Shown here piece by piece: positions 10,274 to 20,040 of a stretch of 64,000 bases of DNA; position 1 is the first letter of the stretch; the number at the start of each line of letters is the position of its first letter. The position numbers were made by a program, and so were the translations under genes. The notes beneath the pieces are model-generated. The model made no database searches, was not told the origin of the DNA, and saw only the letters and a program-made list of their open reading frames with translations. The DNA is from a bacterium (lineage in GTDB: Bacteria > Zhuqueibacterota > Zhuqueibacteria > Oceanimicrobiales > Oceanimicrobiaceae), in NCBI GenBank assembly GCA_046757025.1, contig JBHHXN010000008.1, positions 9,227 to 73,226 on the forward strand, in the 5' to 3' direction.

Positions 10274-11614
10274 ATGAATACCTTAAACGAACACCCTGCG
10301 GTACTACGCTATTTTCAAAATAATAAAGAGCGTGAATCAAAACATCCGAAAATATTGGATCCCATCTGGCTAAAAAAATTATGCCTGGATGCAGGGGCCG
10401 ATGACGTGGGATTTGTGAAAATCGACGCATCTGAAATTGCCGATCAGAAACAAGATATCCTTCATTTTTTTCCGGGGACTCGTTCGCTGATCAGTTTTGT
10501 GTGTCGCTTAAATCGCGAACCTATTCGAAATCCGGCCCGCTCTGTGGCCAATGTGGAATTCCATCAAGTGGGCGAGGAAGTGAACGCAGTGGCACACAAA
10601 GTAGTGGCAAAGCTGGAGGAAAAAGGCCTGCGCGCCGTCAGTCCGGCCATGGGCTTTCCCATGGAAATGGATCATTTTCCCGGTAAGCTGTGGCTGGTTT
10701 CGCACAAGCCGGTGGCCGTGGCGGCCGGGCTGGGCAGCATGGGTATTCATCGAAACGTCATCCATCCAAAGTTTGGCAATTTCATTTTGCTGGGAACGAT
10801 TTTATTGGATGCAGAAATTTCGAATTACGATGCTGCCATTGACTACAACCCATGTCTGGAGTGCAAACTTTGTGTGGCCGCTTGCCCCACCGGCGCCATC
10901 TCTCCTGACGGCCACTTCGATTTTTCTGCGTGCTACACGCACAATTATCGGGAGTTCATGGGCGGTTTTACAGACTGGGTTGAAAATATCGCGGAGAGCA
11001 AAAATGCGGTTGAATATCGCCACAGAGTGACGGACTCGGAATCTGCGTCCATGTGGCAAAGTTTGTCTTATGGCGCCAATTATAAAGCCGCCTACTGCAT
11101 GTCTGTTTGCCCTGCCGGCGACGAAGTAATTGCCCCCTATCTTTCTGATAAAAGCGCTTTTCTGAGTGACGTGGTCAAGCCGCTGCAGCATAAAGAGGAG
11201 ATGGTGTACGTGGTAGCCGGCTCCGATGCAGTAAACTATGTGGCCACACGATTTCCATCCAAAACCATTCGTCAGGTGGGTAACGGTTTGCGCCCGCGCA
11301 CCATTGAGGGATTTTTGGCTGGATTGCCTTTGCTCTTTCAACGCCAGGCGGCAAAAAATTTAATGGCCACTTACCACTTCACTTTTACCGGTGAGGAAGC
11401 GTTGACCGCTACTGTGAAAATACAAAATAAAACTTTGCAGGTTCTGCCCGGACACGTGGAATCGGCCGATTTGCATGTGACTGTGGACAGCCGCACCTGG
11501 CTGGCTTTTTTGGCTAAAGAACGGAATTTATTTTGGGCCTGGCTGAGACGGAAAATTAAATTTAAGGGCTCCCCGCAGCTATTGTTGGCCTTTGGCCGCT
11601 GCTTTCCTTCTTGA
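10274..11614 (+). CDS. QueG/reductive-dehalogenase-like Fe-S protein fused to a C-terminal SCP2 lipid-binding domain
   Basis: GADDVGF, SHKPVAVAAGLG, HPKFGNFILLG, CLECKLCVAACP and YCMSVCP; C-terminal YHFTFTG...IKFKGSPQLL SCP2-like region; AGGAGG RBS. Confidence 0.8.
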   Translation: MNTLNEHPAVLRYFQNNKERESKHPKILDPIWLKKLCLDAGADDVGFVKIDASEIADQKQDILHFFPGTRSLISFVCRLNREPIRNPARSVANVEFHQVGEEVNAVAHKVVAKLEEKGLRAVSPAMGFPMEMDHFPGKLWLVSHKPVAVAAGLGSMGIHRNVIHPKFGNFILLGTILLDAEISNYDAAIDYNPCLECKLCVAACPTGAISPDGHFDFSACYTHNYREFMGGFTDWVENIAESKNAVEYRHRVTDSESASMWQSLSYGANYKAAYCMSVCPAGDEVIAPYLSDKSAFLSDVVKPLQHKEEMVYVVAGSDAVNYVATRFPSKTIRQVGNGLRPRTIEGFLAGLPLLFQRQAAKNLMATYHFTFTGEEALTATVKIQNKTLQVLPGHVESADLHVTVDSRTWLAFLAKERNLFWAWLRRKIKFKGSPQLLLAFGRCFPS

Positions 11615-11700
11615 AAAATTTTTTATGCTGGAAGGGTATAAAAGGTTCAATTAGTATTACGGGCATGGTTAGGGTTTGAGATTTAGCTGGCATGCTTTGG

Positions 11701-12103
11701 TTAACCACGCAGGGTCATGCAGATGCTGGTGGCTATTGCAAAGAGTTCCTGCTGCTCATCGAAAATTTCACATTCGACCCCACCGATGGTTTGGCCGTGT
11801 TTGAGCTCGTGGCCCACGACCCGGAGTTGGGATTCCCAGATGGGCCTCATAAAATTTATTTTCAGCTCCAGCGTGCTGAACGATTCGCTGTCATTGAGCA
11901 GGCTGGCATACGCCATTCCCATGGCCGCATCCGTGAAGCTTGCCCATAGGATTGGCATGTCGATTGGTCGCTTAAAACTCCACAGTAGCCTTGCCCGTCT
12001 CGATGGATTTGAGTGTAAATCCAATGGGCTGAGCCACCGCAAGCTGGGGCGCTTTACCCCGAATCATTTTTTCCGCGAACGCTTTCAAGCCTTTTGGGGA
12101 CAT
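11701..12103 (-). pseudogene. PaaI-family thioesterase pseudogene
   Basis: Pieces in different frames: MSPKGLKAFAEKMIR / GKAPQLAVAQPIGFTLKSIETGKATVEF*ATNRHANPMGKLHG / DAAMGMAYASLL...STLELKINFMRP. Frameshifts, an in-frame stop and a short deletion. Confidence 0.75.
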
Positions 12104-12244
12104 TTTACATAAATACGGCTTGGTCGATTTCAATTTCTAAACGTTGAAAAAATGGTTAAAATAATTGGAACGTTACTGAATTTTGGAGAATCGGGATCAG
12201 GCTGATGTGAACATATTGAAGGAATCAGAAGAGATTAAAAAAAA

Positions 12245-12606
12245 TGGTGGAGACGGTGGGAATCGAACCCACGTCCGCAGGCCAGTCCCTAAGAATTTCT
12301 ACATGCTTAGTTTGTTGAAAGATCTCATCCCCATTGGCTCAACAAACAAACCCCATGCGGACCAGCCCGGAAAAATTCATTACCAACCCCCGGGCAGGAT
12401 CGATAATATAACCACCTTAAACGACGTTCTGTTTAAACTGTGTGGTGCAGTTTAAACGAACGGGCTGCACTAATTAATTAGGCAGCCATTGCATACGCAT
12501 AATTGTCTGCGTTTAATTGTTTTTTTCAGTTTTTTAACGCGGTTCTGAAAAAACCTCGGCATGCTATTCTTAGCTCCTCGACCCCCGTCGAAGCCATGTC
12601 GTCCCC
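12245..12606 (-). ncRNA. ssrA: tmRNA
   Basis: 5' GGGGACG pairs with 3' CGTCTCC-ACCA (G3.U wobble); T-arm GGTTCGATTCC; tag frame at 12510-12478 reads ADNYAYAMAA*. Confidence 0.97.
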
Positions 12607-12701
12607 GGAATACATCTAACTTTAACTTTGATTTTGTGGATTTGTTCCAGAGGATTTTTTTTGTTTCAATTATCACCTTCATTTTGCACATATAAAAGTC
12701 A

Positions 12702-12820
12702 TACCCCGATTTTCCTAATTGTTTATGGAATATCAGTTTAATCTATTTGGTCTGAACAGCCATGGAATTATCTTCTAAATTTTCAAGAACTTTAGGATTC
12801 TATAGTGCAAAATCGGGGTA
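12702..12820. repeat. Short element bounded by a perfect 12-bp inverted repeat (MITE-like)
   Basis: TACCCCGATTTT ... AAAATCGGGGTA. Confidence 0.45.
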
Positions 12821-13338
12821 CCCACTTTGATGTCCATAGTTGAAAAAAATGAAATATTCAAAAGCGAATAACTTTAGGCGGTGAATTTTTCAAATGCATT
12901 TGCAATAATATATGTTTTAACTTAATTACCTTTTGTTACAAATTGCATGTAGATTTTCAAAAAAAAATGTATTAAATTAGTAATGCAATTCTTTCAATTT
13001 AATCAGGTGCGGAGGCAGCAATTTGGAATATAAATGTGTTTCCCAGAGTTATTTGAAAACAGTTTAAATTCCAATTTTATAATTTGCAAAGTGACCAAAG
13101 TCATGGTTCCATATATTAATTTTACAATCTTGGGTTGCTTGATTCACCCTTCATTTCAAAGGCAAGCATGCCCACCTGTTTGAAACAAAATGTAACTGCT
13201 CAGAAAAAGACGTCAGGATTTGCTGATTCATTCAAAAAACATCATTTGTACTAAAACAATCATTTTTTCACTGGCACGTGAACCTCGGTATTATCAAATC
13301 TTAATAAAAAAGAGAAAATAAAAACAGAAGGAAAAAGG

Positions 13339-15546
13339 ATGATTCAATTAAAGAGGAATTTTATTTTATTTTTAGTTTTTATTGCGGTTTTCACATTTTA
13401 TTTGACTGCGGTTTCTGCTTCAGAATGGCCCAGTTGGAGGGGCCCGTTTCACAACGGTGTCTCACCTGAAAAAAACTTGATTGCGAATTGGTCTTTGGAT
13501 GGTGAAAACCTGATTTGGAAAGAGCCGTTCAAAGGCCGTTCTACCCCCATCGTGATGAACGGACGGGTTTATGTCATCGGGCGCACCGGCAAGGGCATAA
13601 CGGCTCAGCGCGTGGTGGCTTGCTATGATGCCGAAAAGGGCGGAGTGCTCTGGGAGAACCGCAACAATGTTTTTCATACCACGGTGCCATTTCCTCGTGT
13701 CGGTTGGGCCAGTTTGGCTGGTGATCCCGAAACCGGCAACGTTTATGTGCTGGGGGTGGACGGTTTGTTTACCTGTTATGATCAGGATGGCAAGGTTGTG
13801 TGGGAGCACTCCCTGGTGGAAGAGTATTTTCGTTTTTCCGGCTACGGCGGACGCACCAACACGCCCTTTGTGGACGAAGAGCTGGTCATCATCAGTCATA
13901 ACAACAATAGCTGGGGTGAGCAGATGCCCATGCGGCCGCGATTTTTAGGGTATGATAAAAAGACCGGCGAGCTGGTCTGGGTGACTTCTCTCAAATCACC
14001 GCCGAAGAATACCAATTATTCCAATCCCGTGCTGGCGTTGATAAACGGGCAGCGGGCCATGGTAACCGGCGCGCCGGACGGCGCCATCTACGCCATAAAA
14101 GTGCGCACCGGTGAAATTATCTGGAAATTCAGTTTGAGCAAAGGCGCCATCCAAACTTCGGTGGTTGTGGAAGGAAACCGTGTTTACGCTGCGCATGGCG
14201 CTGAAAATTTTGAATCCGTCAGCCGCGGCAGGGTGGTTTGCTTCGATGCCAACGGCCGCGGCGATATCACCAGGAGCAACGAAATCTGGAGAGTAGACGA
14301 TCTCATGGTGGGCTACGCCTCGCCGGTTTTGCATGCTGGCCGTTTATACGTAGTGACCGACGCTGGCAATCTGGTTTGCCTGGATGCAGCCAACGGTGAC
14401 AAAAAATGGACGTTTAACCTGGGCACCGTGGGTAAGGGTTCGCCGGTGTGGGCAGACAACAAAATATTTGCCACCGAAGTCAACGGGCATTTTCACATCA
14501 TCAAACCGGGAGAAACCTCAGCCAAATCGCTGGATAAAAAGCAGATCGTTTTTGATGAGAAACGGTACGCTGAAATTTACGGTTCACCGGCCATCGCCTA
14601 TGGCAGAATTTATTTTACCACCGAAGAAGGACTCTACTGTCTGGGGAATAAAAACGCAAAGTTTAGCATAGGTAAGGGACCAGAGATAATAATCGATGAA
14701 GAAAAGGCGGACGAAAAGGCTCTACCGTCGGTTATTAAAATCGTACCGGCGGAAATCTGGATCAAAGCCGGCGAGACAATCCCTTTTAAAGTCCGGGCCT
14801 ACGATAACCGCGGTCGTTCGCTGGAACCCGTCAAAGCGACTTTTTCACTGCAAAAATTGCCGGGGCGCGTCAATGACGACGGGGTGTACGCCACAGACCG
14901 CCAGATGAAAAGCACTGCCGGTTATGTGGTGGCCAGAGTGAATAGTTTGGAGTCCAAAGCCCGGGTGCAGGTGATGGCGGATTTACCCTTTTCGGAAGAT
15001 TTTGAATCGTTCGAAGTTGACAAGAATCCACCGTTGTGGCCGGGCGCTGCCAAATTCGTAGTTAAAAAAATTGAAGGTAACCAAGTCCTGGTGAAACCGC
15101 CGGCAGCCAGAAATTTAAAGCGTCATAATTTGTTTCTCGGACCGCCTGATATGAAAAATTATACCATCCAGGCCGATTTGCTAGGCACGAAAGAAAAGCG
15201 GCGTCGACCGGATATGGGCTTGATTGCCAATCGTTACTATCTCGATCTCATGGGCCGGCATCAGCGGCTGCAGGTTCGTTCCTGGCCGGCTGAGCTGCGC
15301 ATGATGAAACAGATCGATTTTACATGGCAGCCGTTTGTCTGGTACACTATGAAAATGCGGGTGGACGTAATCGACGGCAAGGCCGTCATAAGAGGCAAGG
15401 TCTGGCCCAGAGATGAAAAGGAGCCGCACGCCTGGAGCATTATTGTTGAAGACCCAAAACCGAATACGCATGGCAGTCCCGGTCTTTACGGCGACTCGGT
15501 CACAGACATATATTTTGATAATGTTAAAATTACCAGGAGCAAATAA
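13339..15546 (+). CDS. Secreted PQQ/BamB-like beta-propeller protein with extra C-terminal beta-rich domains
   Basis: Signal peptide, EWPSWRGP, repeated S/TP...D..TG..W propeller repeats, and an extension of about 300 aa. Confidence 0.8.
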   Translation: MIQLKRNFILFLVFIAVFTFYLTAVSASEWPSWRGPFHNGVSPEKNLIANWSLDGENLIWKEPFKGRSTPIVMNGRVYVIGRTGKGITAQRVVACYDAEKGGVLWENRNNVFHTTVPFPRVGWASLAGDPETGNVYVLGVDGLFTCYDQDGKVVWEHSLVEEYFRFSGYGGRTNTPFVDEELVIISHNNNSWGEQMPMRPRFLGYDKKTGELVWVTSLKSPPKNTNYSNPVLALINGQRAMVTGAPDGAIYAIKVRTGEIIWKFSLSKGAIQTSVVVEGNRVYAAHGAENFESVSRGRVVCFDANGRGDITRSNEIWRVDDLMVGYASPVLHAGRLYVVTDAGNLVCLDAANGDKKWTFNLGTVGKGSPVWADNKIFATEVNGHFHIIKPGETSAKSLDKKQIVFDEKRYAEIYGSPAIAYGRIYFTTEEGLYCLGNKNAKFSIGKGPEIIIDEEKADEKALPSVIKIVPAEIWIKAGETIPFKVRAYDNRGRSLEPVKATFSLQKLPGRVNDDGVYATDRQMKSTAGYVVARVNSLESKARVQVMADLPFSEDFESFEVDKNPPLWPGAAKFVVKKIEGNQVLVKPPAARNLKRHNLFLGPPDMKNYTIQADLLGTKEKRRRPDMGLIANRYYLDLMGRHQRLQVRSWPAELRMMKQIDFTWQPFVWYTMKMRVDVIDGKAVIRGKVWPRDEKEPHAWSIIVEDPKPNTHGSPGLYGDSVTDIYFDNVKITRSK

Positions 15547-17009
15547 TGGATCTGCAAGAATATTTAAAAAAGAAAAGTCTATCGCTGGTACACGTGGTTA
15601 TTGTCGTGGCGGTGCTTTCCACCATCGGTTTTTACGCCGCGGTAGAAACCGCCATGTGGGGCGGCAGTCCTGACCGCAACATGGTTTCCGATGAAACCGG
15701 TTTACCAGCTAATTGGGATGCCGAATCGGGTTTGAATTTAAAATGGACCGCCACCTTGGGCTCCCAAACCTATGGCAATCCCGTCATCCTGGGGGGCAAA
15801 GTATTTGTGGGCACCAACAACCAGGGCCTGCGCAATCCCAAACTCGGCGGCGACCGCGGAGTCGTCATGGCTTTTCGCGAGGCAGACGGGGCTTTTCTCT
15901 GGCAAGCAGCGCATGCGAAATTACCCACCGGGCGAGTCAATGACTGGCCGCAGCAGGGCATTTGTTCCGGCCCCTTCGTTGAAGGAGAACGCATTTTTTA
16001 TGTATCCAACCGTGCAGAAGTAATTTGCGCCGATACCGAAGGTTTCCGCGATGGTGAAAACGACGGTCCATTCAAGGATGAAACCGAAACTTCGGACATC
16101 GATGCCGATTTTGTCTGGAAGTACGACATGATCGATGAGCTGGATGTGTTTCCGCACAATCTGGCCACCTGCTCACCTTTGGTGGTGGGGAACCTGGTTT
16201 TTGTGGTGACCTCCAACGGCGTGGATGAAACGCACATCAACATTCCCTCTCCGGATGCCCCCAGCTTCATTGCTTTAAATAAAAACACGGGTGAGCTAAT
16301 CTGGGAGGACGCTTCACCGGGAGAAAATATATTACACGGTCAGTGGTCTAACCCGGCCTACGGCGTCGTCAAAGGCCAGCCCCAGGTGATTTTCCCCGGC
16401 GGAGATGGCTGGCTGTATGCCATGGAGCCGGAAACCGGCAAACATATTTGGAAATTTGATTGCAACCCGAAAGACGCCGTTTGGGAGCTTGGCGGCGCCG
16501 GCACACGCAACAATCTCATTGCCACTCCAGTAATTTATGACAATAAAGTTTACATTTCGGTGGGACAGGATCCGGAGCACGGAGAAAGCATTGGCCACCT
16601 CTGGGCCATCGACGCCACTAAGAAAGGCGACGTGACGGAGTCCGCGCTGGTGTGGCACCGCGGATACGAGGACTACAATCGCTCCATGTCCACGGTGGCG
16701 ATTCACGATGGTTTGCTTTATGCCGCGGATTTGAGCGGCTTCGTGTACTGCCTGGATGCTAAAACAGGTAAGCATTACTGGACTTACGATGCCTTTGCCG
16801 CTATCTGGGGGTCGCCGTATTATGCCGATGGTAAAATTTATATCGGCGATGAAGACGGCGACGTGGCCATTTTAAAAGCGGGCAAAGAAGAGAAACTCCT
16901 GGCCGAAGTCAACATGGGCAACGCGGTGTACACCACACCGGTGGCGAAAAACGGCGTTTTGTTTATTACCAATCGTTCCAAACTTTTTGCCCTCTCCATC
17001 CCCAAATAG
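15546..17009 (+). CDS. PQQ/BamB-like beta-propeller protein
   Basis: N-terminal hydrophobic segment, MWGGSPDRN, propeller repeats (TGELIW, TGKHIW, TGKHYW); TAATG overlap with the upstream gene. Confidence 0.8.
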   Translation: MDLQEYLKKKSLSLVHVVIVVAVLSTIGFYAAVETAMWGGSPDRNMVSDETGLPANWDAESGLNLKWTATLGSQTYGNPVILGGKVFVGTNNQGLRNPKLGGDRGVVMAFREADGAFLWQAAHAKLPTGRVNDWPQQGICSGPFVEGERIFYVSNRAEVICADTEGFRDGENDGPFKDETETSDIDADFVWKYDMIDELDVFPHNLATCSPLVVGNLVFVVTSNGVDETHINIPSPDAPSFIALNKNTGELIWEDASPGENILHGQWSNPAYGVVKGQPQVIFPGGDGWLYAMEPETGKHIWKFDCNPKDAVWELGGAGTRNNLIATPVIYDNKVYISVGQDPEHGESIGHLWAIDATKKGDVTESALVWHRGYEDYNRSMSTVAIHDGLLYAADLSGFVYCLDAKTGKHYWTYDAFAAIWGSPYYADGKIYIGDEDGDVAILKAGKEEKLLAEVNMGNAVYTTPVAKNGVLFITNRSKLFALSIPK

Positions 17010-17028
17010 CATCATTCGATAGGAGAGT

Positions 17029-17466
17029 GTGTTGATTCCGGAAGAACACTACCGAAAATTAGAGCGACTGTATGCCTCGGCTCCGATAAATGAATTCTAC
17101 AAACCGCGGATTCGAATCAGTTGTGCGCAGGCGGAGATATCTGTAAAAATTAAACCGGATTTTTTTCATGCGGCGCAGGCGGTACACGGATCGGTCTATT
17201 TCAAGTCGCTGGACGATTCAGCCTTTTTCGCCGTCAACTCGCTGGTTTTCGATGTGCTCGTGCTGACCGCCTCGTTCAACATTTATTTGACACACCCGAT
17301 TTCTGATGGTGAAATGACCGCGGTCGGTAAAGTCGTTCACCAGTCGCGACGGTTGTTCATTGCGGAGTCGGTGCTTTTTGATTCGAACCGCAAAGAAATC
17401 GCCCGCGGCAGCGGGTCATTTATGCGCAGCGCCATTCCGCTTTCTGAGGAGATGGGGTACAAATAA
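17029..17466 (+). CDS. PaaI-family hot-dog thioesterase
   Basis: FFHAAQAVHGSVYFKSLDD, LTASFNIYL and IARGSGSF. Confidence 0.85.
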   Translation: MLIPEEHYRKLERLYASAPINEFYKPRIRISCAQAEISVKIKPDFFHAAQAVHGSVYFKSLDDSAFFAVNSLVFDVLVLTASFNIYLTHPISDGEMTAVGKVVHQSRRLFIAESVLFDSNRKEIARGSGSFMRSAIPLSEEMGYK

Positions 17467-17513
17467 GCGAATCAGTTTCGACGAGTTTCAAGCAAAATTA
17501 GATTGAAATTTTC

Positions 17514-18587
17514 ATGAATTTGACTTCAAAAATAAAAGCAGCCCGACAGCAGCTGGACGCCCATGTGCGCGAAATGGTGCAGTGGCATTTCGACCCGGCT
17601 ACCGGCTGCCCGTTTTGGCTGGACTTTGCTGCCAGGCTTGATTACGATCCCCGGAAAGAAATCACTGGTTATGATGATTTAAAAATTCTCGGGCATTTTG
17701 AAGACCGTTGGCTGCGGGGTGGGCCGGTTCGAAAGTGGCTGCCGAAAGCTTTTGCCAAGGAGCCGGTTTACGTGTTTGAAACCGGCGGCTCCACAGGTGT
17801 GCCCAAAACGCGCATCAACATACGGGATTTTCAAACAGATTATGAATTATTCAGCGAGCAGCTTTCGGAAGAGGGATTTCCCCCGGGTGCAGACTGGCTC
17901 ATGCTCGGCCCCACCGGACCCCGCAGACTGCGGCTAGCCATCGAGCATCTGGCGCAGCATCGCGGCGGAATCTGTTTTTTTGTGGATCTGGACCCGCGTT
18001 GGGTGAATAAGCTGATCAAACACGCTGAACTCGCGGAGCTGGAACGCTACAAAAACCACGTCATCGATCAGGCGTTGAATATTTTGAGGGCGCATGACAA
18101 CATTCGGTGTTTGTTTTCCACCCCCAAGTTACTCGAAGCGCTGTGTGACAAAATCGCTTTACCGAAAATCGGCATCAAAGGCATCTTCTGTGGCGGCACC
18201 GAAATGAACGCGCAGTTTCACCGATTTGCCCGGGAGGAGCTGGTGCCGGGAATCGAATTTGTGCCCACTTACGGCAACACCCTGATGGGGCTGGCGGTCA
18301 ACAAACCGTTTGACCCGGCAGACAATTATGCCATCATCTACTATCCGCCCTTCCCGCGTGCGGTGTTCGAGTTAGTCAACCCGGACAACCCTGAACAACC
18401 GATCGACTATGGCGAAACCGGCCAGGTGATGCTCACCACTTTGACGCGGGAATTTTTCATGCCGCGTTTTTTGGAGCGGGATGAAGGGGAACGGGCCGAG
18501 CCCATCGAGCGATTTCCCTGGGATGGTGTGCGCAACCTGCGATTGCTGTCTTCCCTGCAAGAGTCTGTCGTGGTGGGGGTTTATTGA
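17514..18587 (+). CDS. EhpF/GriC-like adenylate-forming enzyme (LuxE/PaaK-related)
   Basis: WHFDPATGCPFW, P-loop FETGGSTGVPK, GGTE, PTYGNTL and ERD; recalled similarity to the EhpF N-terminus. Confidence 0.75.
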   Translation: MNLTSKIKAARQQLDAHVREMVQWHFDPATGCPFWLDFAARLDYDPRKEITGYDDLKILGHFEDRWLRGGPVRKWLPKAFAKEPVYVFETGGSTGVPKTRINIRDFQTDYELFSEQLSEEGFPPGADWLMLGPTGPRRLRLAIEHLAQHRGGICFFVDLDPRWVNKLIKHAELAELERYKNHVIDQALNILRAHDNIRCLFSTPKLLEALCDKIALPKIGIKGIFCGGTEMNAQFHRFAREELVPGIEFVPTYGNTLMGLAVNKPFDPADNYAIIYYPPFPRAVFELVNPDNPEQPIDYGETGQVMLTTLTREFFMPRFLERDEGERAEPIERFPWDGVRNLRLLSSLQESVVVGVY

Positions 18588-20011
18588 TGCAGCATTTCCC
18601 CATTTTAAGAGCCGGAAGCGCCTACCGGAGTTTAAACACGCTGACCGTCAAGGATTTCCGAACTGGCGAGGCCATTGCCCAATTGAGCCTGGCGAACACG
18701 GGCTTGATACGCAACGATTTTTCCGAGGCCGCAAATAACAAGTTAGCTCTCGAGGCCTTGCCCATTGCAGAATTGCTGAAGATGTGCAAAAACGCCGCCC
18801 ATCTCTTCCTGCATGAAGAATTACCGGTGGACGAGGCCAGCCAGTCTCCCGACGAGTACGTTCGTTTGCTTTCTCTGAGCACGGGCATGCCGGAAGGGTT
18901 GTGTCGTTTGAATATGGCGAAAATCTACGCCGTGCTAAATGAAATGGAAGCCGTTTTGGGCGGTTTAACCCGTGGTCTGGATCTGTCGATTTTAGACACC
19001 GGCTGGGGCGAGCAAAACACGCGCACTTTGAGTTATCTCTGTCAAACGCGAGCGCTGGGTGCGATTCTGCCCAACAATTCTCCGGGCGTGCATTCGCTCT
19101 GGCTGCCCAGCATCCCCTTGAAAGTACCGCTTATGATCAAACCCGGCAGCCAGGAACCGTGGACGCCTTTTCGCATCATCCAGGCATTTTTGGCAGCAGG
19201 GTGTCCGCCACAAGCCTTTGGCTATTATCCGACGGATTACGCCGGCGCCAATGAAATCCTGTTGCGCAGCGAACGTTCAATGCTGTTCGGCGGCGTGGCC
19301 ATGGTAAAAGCCTGGGAAAACGATCCGCGGGTGCAAATTCACGGGCCGGGCTGGAGCAAAATTATTGTTGGCACGGATAAGATTGACCGCTGGCAACAAT
19401 ATGAAGATACTATCGTAGATTCTATCTTAATCAACAGCGGCCGCTCGTGTTTAAACGCTTCCAGCGTCTGGACGCCGGAAAACGGTTATCAAATCGCCGA
19501 AAGTCTGGCTCAGCGCTTGTCGCAAGTGCCGGCCAGGGCGCTGGACGATCCGCAGGCACAATTAGCTGCCTTTGCCAATCCGCTGGCGGCGCGGCGAATT
19601 TCCGAGATGATCGACCGCGGTTTGGCGCAGGGTGGCGCTGAAGACTTGACTGCCAGATATCGTGACCACGGCCGTTTGATAGAAAAGGACGGTTGCACGT
19701 TTCTTTTACCCACTCTTGTCTGGTGTGAAAGTGCAGAACATCCCTTAGCCAATACCGAGCTGTTGTTTCCGTTTGCAAGCGTGGTCGAATATTCAGAGGA
19801 TACCTTATTTGAGCAAATCGGGCAAACCCTGGTGGCGACGGCTTTGACAGCGGATAGAAAATTTATTCAAAAGCTGCTGAATTCGCGGAACATCGATCGC
19901 TTGAACATCGGCGCGATTCCTACCTGCACGATCAGTTGGGACCAGCCGCACGAGGGCAATTTGTTCGAGCATCTGTACAAGCAGCGGGCTTTGCAAATGG
20001 CAACAGGATAA
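18587..20011 (+). CDS. Aldehyde dehydrogenase superfamily protein (GriD/EhpG/LuxC-like acyl reductase)
   Basis: LPNNSP, KPGSQEP, HGPGWSK, catalytic-position Cys in NSGRSCLNAS, ELLFPF; TGATG coupling to the upstream gene. Confidence 0.8.
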   Translation: MQHFPILRAGSAYRSLNTLTVKDFRTGEAIAQLSLANTGLIRNDFSEAANNKLALEALPIAELLKMCKNAAHLFLHEELPVDEASQSPDEYVRLLSLSTGMPEGLCRLNMAKIYAVLNEMEAVLGGLTRGLDLSILDTGWGEQNTRTLSYLCQTRALGAILPNNSPGVHSLWLPSIPLKVPLMIKPGSQEPWTPFRIIQAFLAAGCPPQAFGYYPTDYAGANEILLRSERSMLFGGVAMVKAWENDPRVQIHGPGWSKIIVGTDKIDRWQQYEDTIVDSILINSGRSCLNASSVWTPENGYQIAESLAQRLSQVPARALDDPQAQLAAFANPLAARRISEMIDRGLAQGGAEDLTARYRDHGRLIEKDGCTFLLPTLVWCESAEHPLANTELLFPFASVVEYSEDTLFEQIGQTLVATALTADRKFIQKLLNSRNIDRLNIGAIPTCTISWDQPHEGNLFEHLYKQRALQMATG

Positions 20012-20040
20012 AATTCAGAAAAATAAAAGAGCTTTTTGTG

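Noticed and set aside
9420..12245. Integrative element at the ssrA 3' end
   Set aside because: No integrase, and I could not find a duplicated ssrA 3' (att) sequence in the window.
12183..12691. ORFs 12183-12455 (+) and 12470-12691 (-)
   Set aside because: They overlap the tmRNA and are shadow ORFs.
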